Shown one piece after another: positions 9,335 to 16,204 of a stretch of DNA of 33,244 bases (position 1 is the stretch's first letter; every line of letters begins with the position of its first letter). The translations under genes and the position numbers were made by a program. Source of the DNA: Actinomycetota bacterium. GTDB lineage: Bacteria > Actinomycetota > UBA4738 > HRBIN12. Under the pieces are notes generated by a model. That model saw only the letters and a list, made by a program, of their open reading frames with translations. It was not told the origin of the DNA and searched no databases. The DNA is taken from positions 1-33,244 of the forward strand of contig JBJMLQ010000163.1 of NCBI GenBank assembly GCA_045805225.1, in the 5' to 3' direction.

Positions 9335-10771
9335 CTACGAGATCGGCAGGCGAAGATGCAGCGTCAATCGACCCTCATCCGTCGTGGCCCACGCACGTCC
9401 GCCCTGCGCCTCCGCGACGGCGCGCACGACGAACAGACCGATCTTGGAGCCACCGCCGGTGCCGGGACGTCGCGCTTGGAACAGGGCTTCCACGGTCTCG
9501 TCGTCCAGCGTCGATCCATCGCGCGACGCGGTGACCTCGACCATGCCATCGGCCGCTGCGGCGTGCACCGTGATCGGGCCCTCGGTGGTCCACCACACGA
9601 GCGATTCCGCGAAGGCGAGCAGCGCCGTCTTCAAGCGGACCGGGTCCAGGAAGTACGGACCGGGGTCGCCCGTCCATCCGATCGGAGGATGCTCGGGGTC
9701 GCGACGCTGCAGCTCCGCGATCGCGGTGACCAGCTCCCCCATGTCGCACCGGTCGGGGTAGGGCTCGAGCGTTCCCCCCGAGACGCGCGCCGCATCGACC
9801 AGCAGGTGCAGGATCTGGTCCATGCGGTCGGCGTCGTGCACGATGCCGGTCAGCATCAAGGCTCGCTGCTCGTCGGTCATGTCGGGCCACCGCTTCTCGA
9901 GCGCGTAGCCGAAGCCCTTCATCGCGGTGAGCGGCGAACGGATGTCGTGCGCGGCCGCCGCGATCAGCGTTTCGAGCGACTCCCCCTTGGAGCCCCGCCG
10001 GCGCGCGTGCTCGAACAGGCAGATCGTCGCCGCGGCCGCCAGATTGAGCGACTCGGCGGCGCCGGCGTGGGGCACCCGCACCGTCGCGTCGGCCGAGGCG
10101 ACGACGTCCTGCGGCAGGCCGTGCGCCTCGTTGCCGAAGACGAACGCGACGGGTCCGCTCACATCAGTCGTGTACAGGGAGCTCGATCCGTGCGCGTCCA
10201 TCGCGAGGATGCGGTGGCCGCGTTCGCGAAGCGACCCGATCGCTTCGGCGGTCGCGACGTCGCGCACGATGGGGAGGTGGAACACCGAGCCGGCGCACGC
10301 ACGCACGGTCTTCGGGTTGTAGACGTCGACCGACGCCGCGCCGAACACGACGGCCGCCGCGCCGGCCGCATCCGCCGAGCGCACGATCGTGCCAGCGTTG
10401 CCGGGGTCGCGCACCTCATGCAGCACCGCGACACATCCGGTGGCCGCCACCGCGTCGAGGCCGACGTCGACGTAGCCGCCGACGCCGACGATGCCTTGCG
10501 GTGTGACGGTCGACGTGAGCCTGTCCATGATCGCGCGTGCCGCAGCCACCACGTCGACGCCTCGCTCCCGAGCGCGGATCGCGAGCTCGTGCAGCTCGTC
10601 CTCGACGAATAGCGTGTCGATCGCGGGCGGGTCGGCGGCGAGCGCCTCGCGCACGCCCTGGGCTCCCTCGACCAGGAAACGCCGGTTCTCGTCGCGGAAC
10701 GCGCGTTTGCGCAGTCGGGCGGCGGCCGCCACCTTCGGGTTCTTGGTGCTGGAGATCACGCGGCCCCCCAA
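9335..10771 (-). CDS. Fusion protein: SpoU/TrmH-family RNA 2'-O-methyltransferase (N-terminal, about residues 1-255) plus a HisKA/HATPase_c-like histidine-kinase module (about residues 265-478)
   Basis: The methyltransferase half has VLHEVRDPGNAGTIVRSADAAG, FVFGNEAHGLP and VRVPHAGAAESLNLAAAATICLFE (SpoU motifs 1-3). The kinase half has the H-box LIAAAAHDIRSPLTAMKGF (His275), an N-box-like LDPVRLKTALLAFAESLVWWT and a G2-like GTGGGSKIGLFVVRAVAEAQGG. It is a single uninterrupted ORF. The start is either the TTG at 10771 or the GTG at 10759 (preceded by GGGGGG). Confidence 0.8.
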   Translation of the reverse strand: MGGRVISSTKNPKVAAAARLRKRAFRDENRRFLVEGAQGVREALAADPPAIDTLFVEDELHELAIRARERGVDVVAAARAIMDRLTSTVTPQGIVGVGGYVDVGLDAVAATGCVAVLHEVRDPGNAGTIVRSADAAGAAAVVFGAASVDVYNPKTVRACAGSVFHLPIVRDVATAEAIGSLRERGHRILAMDAHGSSSLYTTDVSGPVAFVFGNEAHGLPQDVVASADATVRVPHAGAAESLNLAAAATICLFEHARRRGSKGESLETLIAAAAHDIRSPLTAMKGFGYALEKRWPDMTDEQRALMLTGIVHDADRMDQILHLLVDAARVSGGTLEPYPDRCDMGELVTAIAELQRRDPEHPPIGWTGDPGPYFLDPVRLKTALLAFAESLVWWTTEGPITVHAAAADGMVEVTASRDGSTLDDETVEALFQARRPGTGGGSKIGLFVVRAVAEAQGGRAWATTDEGRLTLHLRLPIS

Positions 10772-10835
10772 CGGTCGAGCCGGAGCTCCGGTCGTCCGGA
10801 GTCTCGCCCCGAGGGATCGCCGGAACGCGATGCGC

Positions 10836-11207
10836 TCAGGCGGCGGACGCTTCGGGCAGCGCGTCCTTCGCCTGCTGCACGAGCGCGGCGAACGCGCCGG
10901 GGTCGTGGATCGCGAGATCGGCGAGCACCTTGCGGTCGAGATCGACCCCGGCGGTCTTCAAGCCGTGCATGAACCGCGAGTAGGAGATCCCGTGGGGTCG
11001 GACGCCCGCGTTGATGCGCGCGATCCAGAGCCGGCGGAACTGTGCCTTGCGGTCGCGCCGGTCGCGGTAGGCGTACACGCCGGAGTGGTGCACCTGCTCC
11101 TTCGCGAGGCGATAGCGCACGCGACGGCTGCCGGTATAGCCCTTGGCGGCCGCAAGCGTCTCGCGGCGCTTCTTCTTCGCGTGGACGGATCGTTTCACTC
11201 GTGCCAT
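10836..11207 (-). CDS. rplT: 50S ribosomal protein L20
   Basis: The sequence [24 protein letters not shown]...[22 protein letters not shown] matches L20. Confidence 0.97.
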   Translation of the reverse strand: MARVKRSVHAKKKRRETLAAAKGYTGSRRVRYRLAKEQVHHSGVYAYRDRRDRKAQFRRLWIARINAGVRPHGISYSRFMHGLKTAGVDLDRKVLADLAIHDPGAFAALVQQAKDALPEASAA

Positions 11208-11211
11208 CGGG

Positions 11212-11409
11212 TCACCTTCCCAGCAGGCGCTTCAGCTTCTTCTGCTCGCCCGTGGACGCGACCTCGGCCATGCCTTCGACGCGGCGCCGGCGGCTGCCGC
11301 TCTTCTTCGTGAGCATGTGATTGCCGGTGGCCTTGTGGTGCAGGACCTTGCCCTTGCGCGTCACGCGGAAGCGCTTCGCGGTCGCGCTGTGGCTCTTCAT
11401 CTTCGGCAT
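11212..11409 (-). CDS. rpmI: 50S ribosomal protein L35
   Basis: The start is trimmed to the ATG at 11409: [36 protein letters not shown]..., 65 aa. Confidence 0.95.
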   Translation of the reverse strand: MPKMKSHSATAKRFRVTRKGKVLHHKATGNHMLTKKSGSRRRRVEGMAEVASTGEQKKLKRLLGR

Positions 11410-11413
11410 GTGC

Positions 11414-12079
11414 TTACCCTTCGTCTGCTGCGGGGACGACCGTCTCGGGCGTGGGCTCGAGCGCAGCCGCATCGTCTGCGGTGGGCTCGAGCGCACCCGC
11501 GTCATCGGCGGTGGGGTCGAGCGCTGCGGCCTCTTTGGCCGCCTCGCGCGCGGCGCGCGCCTCCTGCTTCGCCAGATCTTCCAGGTACCGCTTGTTGGGC
11601 CCGATCACCATGATCATGTTGCGGCCCTCTTGCTTCGGCATCGACTCAACGATGGCGAGGTCTCCGAGGTCGCCGACGAGACGGTCCAAGATCTTGCGTC
11701 CGAGGTCCGTGTGCGCCATCTCGCGCCCGCGGAACATGATCGTGATCTTGACCTTGTTCCCCGCCGAGAGGAACCGCGTGACGTGCCCCTTCTTCGTGGC
11801 GTAGTCATGCGGGTCGATCTTGGGACGGAACTTGATCTCTTTGAGGCCGGTTCGCGACTGCTTCTTGCGGGCCTCTTTGAGCTTCACGTCTCGTTCGTAC
11901 TTGTACTTGCCGTAGTCCATGATCCTGCACACCGGCGGATCGGCCTGCGGCGCGACCTCGACGAGATCCAGATCGAGCGCCCGAGCCTGGTTCAGCGCGT
12001 CGCGGGTATCGACCACGCCGATCTGTTGGCCGTCCGCCCCGACGAGGCGGACCTGTGGCGATCGGATCCTGTCGTTGAT
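11414..12079 (-). CDS. infC: Translation initiation factor IF-3, with a non-canonical ATC start
   Basis: The ORF track starts at the GTG at 12016, but the conserved IF-3 N-terminus INDRIRSPQVRLVGADGQQIG continues in frame upstream. An in-frame TGA sits at 12106..12104. The only AUG-near-cognate codons between that stop and the conserved region are AGG and then ATC at 12079..12077. Confidence 0.85.
   Translation of the reverse strand: MNDRIRSPQVRLVGADGQQIGVVDTRDALNQARALDLDLVEVAPQADPPVCRIMDYGKYKYERDVKLKEARKKQSRTGLKEIKFRPKIDPHDYATKKGHVTRFLSAGNKVKITIMFRGREMAHTDLGRKILDRLVGDLGDLAIVESMPKQEGRNMIMVIGPNKRYLEDLAKQEARAAREAAKEAAALDPTADDAGALEPTADDAAALEPTPETVVPAADEG
11453..11531. repeat. 30-bp tandem repeat (about 2.6 copies) inside the infC 3' end
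   Basis: Copy 1 is gggctcgagcgcagccgcatcgtctgcggt (11453-11482), copy 2 is gggctcgagcgcacccgcgtcatcggcggt (11483-11512) and the partial copy is ggggtcgagcgctgcggcc (11513-11531). Together they encode ALDPTADDAG / ALEPTADDAA / ALEPTPE in the IF-3 C-terminal tail. Confidence 0.8.
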
Positions 12080-12115
12080 CCTGGGATCTGTCGAAACCCC
12101 GCATCACCCCTTCGT

Positions 12116-12142
12116 GGAAAAAGGCACCGGCTCCGCCGGTGC
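12116..12142 (-). terminator. Intrinsic-terminator-like hairpin with T-run (rib/cupin operon terminator and/or infC leader attenuator)
   Basis: The minus strand reads GCACCGGC-GGA-GCCGGTGC followed by CTTTTTCC: a perfect 8-bp GC-rich stem, a 3-nt loop and five T. It is 71 nt downstream of the cupin stop and 38 nt upstream of the infC ATC. Confidence 0.55.
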
Positions 12143-12175
12143 ACGTCGAACACACGTACGCATCTGCGCCCGGGC

Positions 12176-12204
12176 AGTATAGGTGGCGCGACCCACCCCG
12201 TCGA
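12176..12204 (-). promoter_or_regulatory. Candidate promoter (-35 TCGACG, 17-nt spacer, -10 TATACT) upstream of the infC leader
   Basis: The minus strand reads ggTCGACGgggtgggtcgcgccaccTATACTgcccggg. It lies between the cupin stop (12213) and the hairpin (12142). Confidence 0.4.
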
Positions 12205-12212
12205 CCAGACGC

Positions 12213-12551
12213 CTACGTGTCGCCGCCGGGCGCGCCCTCGACGGGGAGCCGGTCGTCCTCGCTCGCGTACCCGAAAGCGATCTGCAAGACGCGGCCGGGG
12301 GCCTGCGGGCCGCACCGGATGCGATGCGGCTCCTCGGCCGGCACCTGGAGCTCGTCGCCGGGCTCGGGCTGCAGCGTCCGGTTGCCGATCTCGATCGTCA
12401 GGCCCCGGTCGAGCACGATCCAGAGCTCGTCGCGGAGGCGATGGTAGTGCGCGCCCGTGTCGCCGCCGGGCACGACCGTCACCAAGCGTGCGGTCGCCGG
12501 TTGATTGAGGGCGTAGGTCTGCGTCCGGCCCCACGGGCGATCGACGATCAT
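12213..12551 (-). CDS. Small cupin-domain protein (resembles the C-terminal cupin of type II phosphomannose isomerase)
   Basis: The sequence is [50 protein letters not shown]...GDELQVPAEEPHRIRC...EDDRL. Cupin motifs G-x5-HxH-x4-E and G-x5-P-x4-H are present. The ATG overlaps the ribH TGA (ATGA). Confidence 0.75.
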   Translation of the reverse strand: MIVDRPWGRTQTYALNQPATARLVTVVPGGDTGAHYHRLRDELWIVLDRGLTIEIGNRTLQPEPGDELQVPAEEPHRIRCGPQAPGRVLQIAFGYASEDDRLPVEGAPGGDT

Positions 12552-13024
12552 CGCGCGACGGGCTCCGGCAGCGCCCGGAGCACGTGCGCCATCTCGATCG
12601 CGGCCATCGCCGCCTCCCAGCCCTTGTTGCCGTGCGCGCCGCCGGCCCGCGCCTCGGCCTGGGCGAGATCGTCGGTCGCGAGCACCTCGAAGATGCACGG
12701 AACCCCCGTGGCCCGGGTGACGTCGGCGATCCCGCGGGCCGCCTCGTTGGCCACCAACTCGAAGTGCGCCGTCTCGCCGCGGATCACGGCACCGAGGCAC
12801 ACGACCGCGTCGACGTCGGCGCGCGCGAGCCGGTCGGCGACCGTCGGGATCTCGAACGCGCCCGGCACCCACACGACCGTCACGCCGTCGTCCGCGACGC
12901 CGGCGTGTGCGAGCGCTTGCAGGGCTCCGTCGAGCAGGGCCGTCGTCACGGTCTCGTTGAAGCGCGCCACGACGATCCCCACCCGGAGGCCGGTCCCGTC
13001 GACGGTGCCCCGAACGACGTTCAC
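12548..13024 (-). CDS. ribH: 6,7-dimethyl-8-ribityllumazine synthase
   Basis: The sequences [28 protein letters not shown] and [13 protein letters not shown] are typical of RibH. The GTG start at 13024 overlaps the ribBA TGA (GTGA). The product is 158 aa. Confidence 0.93.
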   Translation of the reverse strand: MNVVRGTVDGTGLRVGIVVARFNETVTTALLDGALQALAHAGVADDGVTVVWVPGAFEIPTVADRLARADVDAVVCLGAVIRGETAHFELVANEAARGIADVTRATGVPCIFEVLATDDLAQAEARAGGAHGNKGWEAAMAAIEMAHVLRALPEPVAR

Positions 13025-14283
13025 GCGGGAACCTCGGGCTCCACATCGAGCAGGTGGCCCATCTTCTCTGCCTTGGTGCGGAGGTAGTCGCGGTTGTGCA
13101 CCGTCGGCTCGGTCTGCAGTGGGATGCGTTCGGCGATCGACAGCCCGTAGCCCTCCAGCCCCGCACGCTTGTCCGGGTTGTTGGTGAGCAGCCGCATCGA
13201 GCGGACACCGAGGTCCACCAGGATCTGCGCGCCGATCCCGTAGTCGCGTTGGTCGGCGGCGAACCCGAGCTCGATGTTCGCCTCGACCGTGTCGCGGCCG
13301 CGGTCTTGGAGCTCGTAGGCGCGAAGCTTGTGGGTGAGCCCGATGGCCCGCCCCTCGTGTCCGCGCATGTACAACACGACGCCGCGACCCGTCTCGGCGA
13401 CCTGCTCGAGCGCCGCGTCGAGCTGACGTCCGCAGTCGCACCGCAGCGATCCGAACACGTCGCCGGTCAGGCACTCGGAGTGCACGCGCGTGAGCACCTT
13501 GTCGCCGTCGCCGATGTCGCCGTGGACGAGCGCGACGTGCGTGCGCCCGTCGACCGTGCTGTCGTACGCGTAGGCCCGGAAGTCTCCCCACTTGGTCGGC
13601 ATGGTCGCCTCCGCGACGCGCTGGACGAGCACCTCCCGGCGTCGCCGGTACTCGATCATGTCCGCGATCGAGATCAGCTTGAGATCGAACGCCCGCGCCA
13701 CGCGGACGAGCTCGGGGAGCCGCGCCATCGTGCCGTCTTCGTTCATCACCTCGCAGATCACGCCGGCGGGGAACATCCCGGCGAGCGTCGCGAGGTCGAC
13801 CGCCGCCTCGGTGTGCCCCGCTCGGCGAAGCACGCCGCCTTCACGCGCGCGCAGCGGGAACACGTGCCCCGGGCGGTGGAAGTCGTTCGGAGCCACCTCG
13901 GGGTCGACGATCGCCGCCGCCGTGATCGCGCGATCGTGCGCGCTCGTGCCCGTCGTGACGCCCGGGCCGTAGTCGATCGACACGGTGAAGGCCGTGTCGT
14001 CGCCTCCGTTGCTCGACACCATCTGCGGGATCTCCAAGGCGTCGAGCCGCCATGCCGCCACGGGCAGGCACACGATCCCTCGGCCGTGGGTCACCATGAA
14101 GTTGACGGCCTCGGGCGTGCACCGCTCGGCGGCGATGACGAAGTCGCCTTCGTTCTCGCGGTCGGCGTCGTCGACGACCAGCACGATCTTGCCTTCGCGC
14201 ATGTCGGCGATGGCCTCGTCGACCGTCGCGAAGACCGATCCATCGATCCCGGCGTCGGTGTGGGCGGACAGCTCCTCGTTCAT
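13021..14283 (-). CDS. ribBA: Bifunctional 3,4-dihydroxy-2-butanone-4-phosphate synthase / GTP cyclohydrolase II
   Basis: The DHBP synthase half has [14 protein letters not shown] and the GCH II half has [21 protein letters not shown]. The ATG at 14283 (MNEELSAH...) overlaps the ribE TGA (ATGA). The product is 420 aa. Confidence 0.95.
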   Translation of the reverse strand: MNEELSAHTDAGIDGSVFATVDEAIADMREGKIVLVVDDADRENEGDFVIAAERCTPEAVNFMVTHGRGIVCLPVAAWRLDALEIPQMVSSNGGDDTAFTVSIDYGPGVTTGTSAHDRAITAAAIVDPEVAPNDFHRPGHVFPLRAREGGVLRRAGHTEAAVDLATLAGMFPAGVICEVMNEDGTMARLPELVRVARAFDLKLISIADMIEYRRRREVLVQRVAEATMPTKWGDFRAYAYDSTVDGRTHVALVHGDIGDGDKVLTRVHSECLTGDVFGSLRCDCGRQLDAALEQVAETGRGVVLYMRGHEGRAIGLTHKLRAYELQDRGRDTVEANIELGFAADQRDYGIGAQILVDLGVRSMRLLTNNPDKRAGLEGYGLSIAERIPLQTEPTVHNRDYLRTKAEKMGHLLDVEPEVPA

Positions 14284-14867
14284 CGTTCGGATCCTTCCAT
14301 CAGACGAGCGACGTAGCGGCCGATCATGTCGACCTCGACGTTCACGGGATCGCCCACCGCGGCGACACCGAGCGTCGTCGCGGCGAGCGTGTGCGGGATC
14401 AATGCGATCTGGATCTCGGGGCCGTCGAGTGCGGCCACGGTGAGGCTGACGCCATCGATCGCGACCGACCCCTTCTGGACGACGAGCAGCTCGAGCTCGC
14501 CCGGGATCCGGACGGTGAGGATCGCGCCGCCGTCGGCTTCTCGCCGGATCGCGGCGATCCGGCCCACACCGTCGACGTGGCCCTGGACGAGGTGGCCGCC
14601 GAGCCGCGCCGCCAGGGTCACCGGGCGCTCGAGGTTGACGGTCCCGCCCGCTCGAGCCGAGCCGAGCGCGGTGCGCTCGAGCGTTTCGCCGCTGAGGTCG
14701 AACGCGAGCGTCTCGTCGGTGCGCTCGACCACCGTCAAGCACGTGCCGTTGACGGCGACCGACGCGCCGACCGGGCTGTCGGTGGCGACGAGCGGACATG
14801 CGACGACGAGCCTGCCGTCATCGAGCGCGCGCACGGCGCCCAGCTCCTCAACGATGCCCGTGAACAT
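14280..14867 (-). CDS. ribE: Riboflavin synthase (alpha chain)
   Basis: The start is trimmed to the ATG at 14867: [10 protein letters not shown]. The duplicated lumazine-binding repeats (VNGTCLTV and IDGVSLTV) are both present. Confidence 0.92.
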   Translation of the reverse strand: MFTGIVEELGAVRALDDGRLVVACPLVATDSPVGASVAVNGTCLTVVERTDETLAFDLSGETLERTALGSARAGGTVNLERPVTLAARLGGHLVQGHVDGVGRIAAIRREADGGAILTVRIPGELELLVVQKGSVAIDGVSLTVAALDGPEIQIALIPHTLAATTLGVAAVGDPVNVEVDMIGRYVARLMEGSER

Positions 14868-15963
14868 CCGCCTCCATCCGTATGTCGGGACCGATCGGGT
14901 CGACACGAACGAACGACAGGTTCATCGCGGTGTCGATCGGCGCGAACCCCTCCCCCATGACGGCGCTCGGCGCATGCGCCCCGCCCACGATCCGAGGCGC
15001 GACGTACTGCACGATCCGGTCGACCGCGGCGTCACGCAGGAAGCTCCAAGCGAGCGTGGCCCCGCCTTCCAGGAGCACGCCTTGCACGTCGCGCTTTCCG
15101 AGCTCCTCCAGGAGCGCGCACGGCGAGACGCCGCCGGTCGCGTCGGCCGCACAGACCGCCACCTCGACGCCCGGCGGAAGCGCGCGCGCGAGCGCCGGCT
15201 CGCCGGCCACCGTCGTCGCCACGAGCGTCGGCGCGTCGTCGTCGAAGACCCGTGCGCCCGCCGAGACCGCGCCCGTGGCGTCCACCACCACCCGCAGTGG
15301 CGCCCACGCCGACGCAAGCTCGGGATGGCGGGCCGTGAGCGCCGGGTCGTCCGCCGCGACGGTGCCCGCGCCGACGACGATCGCGTCGGCCCACGCACGC
15401 AACCGGTGGGCGTCCAGGCGCGCGGCGTCCGAGGTGATCCACCGCGAGGAGCCGTCCCGCGCGGCGGTCTTGCCGTCGAGCGATGTCGCGACCTTCCAGA
15501 TCACGAAGGGCGTTCCGGTGGTGACGTGCCGGTCGAACGCCGCATTCAGCCGGTGGGACTCGTCGGCGAGGACGCCGTCGCGCACGTCCACCCCGGCGGC
15601 ACGGAGCCGAGCGATCCCGGAGCCGTCGACGAGCGGGTTCGGGTCGGTCGCGGCGACGACCACACGTGCGACGCCCGCATCGAGCAGCGCTTCGGTGCAC
15701 GGTGGCGTCGCGCCGTGATGGTTGCACGGCTCCAGGGTGCACACGACGGTCGCGCCGCGCGCCCGGTCGCCCGCCTCGCGGAGCGCCCGCACCTCGGCGT
15801 GAGGCGCCCCGGACGGACCTTCGTACCATCCGCGGCCGACGACCCGGCCGGCGGCGAGCACGACGGCGCCGACCATCGGGTTCGGCGAGACGTGGCCCCA
15901 CCCGTGCTCGGCGAGCGCGAGCGCCTCGCGCATGTGGGTCACATCGGCGTCGTGTGCGTCCAT
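14848..15963 (-). CDS. ribD: Bifunctional riboflavin biosynthesis deaminase/reductase
   Basis: The CMP/dCMP-type zinc motif is HAEVRAL...LEPCNHHGATPPC, followed by a C-terminal RibD reductase domain (KVATSLDGKTA...LLEGG). The start is trimmed to the ATG at 15963 (MDAHDADVTHMREAL), which is preceded by GAGGGA. The 3' end overlaps the ribE start by 20 nt. Confidence 0.92.
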   Translation of the reverse strand: MDAHDADVTHMREALALAEHGWGHVSPNPMVGAVVLAAGRVVGRGWYEGPSGAPHAEVRALREAGDRARGATVVCTLEPCNHHGATPPCTEALLDAGVARVVVAATDPNPLVDGSGIARLRAAGVDVRDGVLADESHRLNAAFDRHVTTGTPFVIWKVATSLDGKTAARDGSSRWITSDAARLDAHRLRAWADAIVVGAGTVAADDPALTARHPELASAWAPLRVVVDATGAVSAGARVFDDDAPTLVATTVAGEPALARALPPGVEVAVCAADATGGVSPCALLEELGKRDVQGVLLEGGATLAWSFLRDAAVDRIVQYVAPRIVGGAHAPSAVMGEGFAPIDTAMNLSFVRVDPIGPDIRMEADVHGHR

Positions 15964-16032
15964 CGTCCCTCGCTCGGGGGCGTGGACGCGACACGCGGAC
16001 CGCCACCGCGGACGCGGCGGCGCAGCGTGCCC

Positions 16033-16153
16033 GTTCCCTCTCATCCCGACTCTCACGGTCGGTCCCGGGATCGCACCGGGTCCACCCGTCGCTGGCGGCG
16101 ACGGGGTCGCGGACTGTCACCGCCGGTGGGGATTTCCGCCCCGCCCCGGAAAC
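16033..16153 (-). promoter_or_regulatory. FMN riboswitch (RFN element) controlling the rib operon
   Basis: The minus strand reads GUUUCCGGGGCGGGGCGGAAAUCCCCACCGGCGGUGACAGUCCGCGACCCC...GGGUGGACCCGGUGCGAUCCCGGGACCGACCGUGAGAGUCGGGAUGAGAGGGAAC. This matches the conserved RFN core, with P1 formed by GUUUCC/GGGAAC. No T-run follows, so translational control is more likely than termination. Confidence 0.92.
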
Positions 16154-16165
16154 AGGCTGGGAGCC

Positions 16166-16171
16166 AGTATA
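16166..16171 (-). promoter_or_regulatory. -10 box TATACT, 12 nt upstream of the FMN riboswitch P1 stem
   Basis: The minus strand reads cgtcCTATACTGgctcccagcctGTTTCC. The same 9-mer CCTATACTG occurs at the infC leader promoter. No convincing -35 element was seen. Confidence 0.4.
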
Positions 16172-16204
16172 GGACGGGTGTTCGGTTCGGCGGGAGCCGG
16201 GCGG

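Noticed and set aside
10786-10801. A perfect hairpin CTCCGG-ACGA-CCGGAG (minus-strand sense) between rplT and the SpoU::HisKA gene, considered as a possible terminator.
   Set aside because: It has no T-run and only a 6-bp stem, so the genes are probably co-transcribed. It is not called as a terminator.
11453-11531. Considered whether the 30-bp direct repeats could be a small CRISPR array or a minisatellite outside genes.
   Set aside because: The repeats are directly adjacent with no spacers. They are in-frame inside infC and translate to a repeated peptide. No cas genes are present.
12102-12104. An ATG preceded by the SD-like GAAGGGGTG, considered as the infC start or as a uORF.
   Set aside because: It is in a different frame from the conserved IF-3 sequence. 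The spacing from the G-run to the ATG is only 2 nt. The downstream frame (ORF 11805..12155) is Arg/Pro-rich with no motifs. A regulatory uORF cannot be excluded, but there is no support for one.
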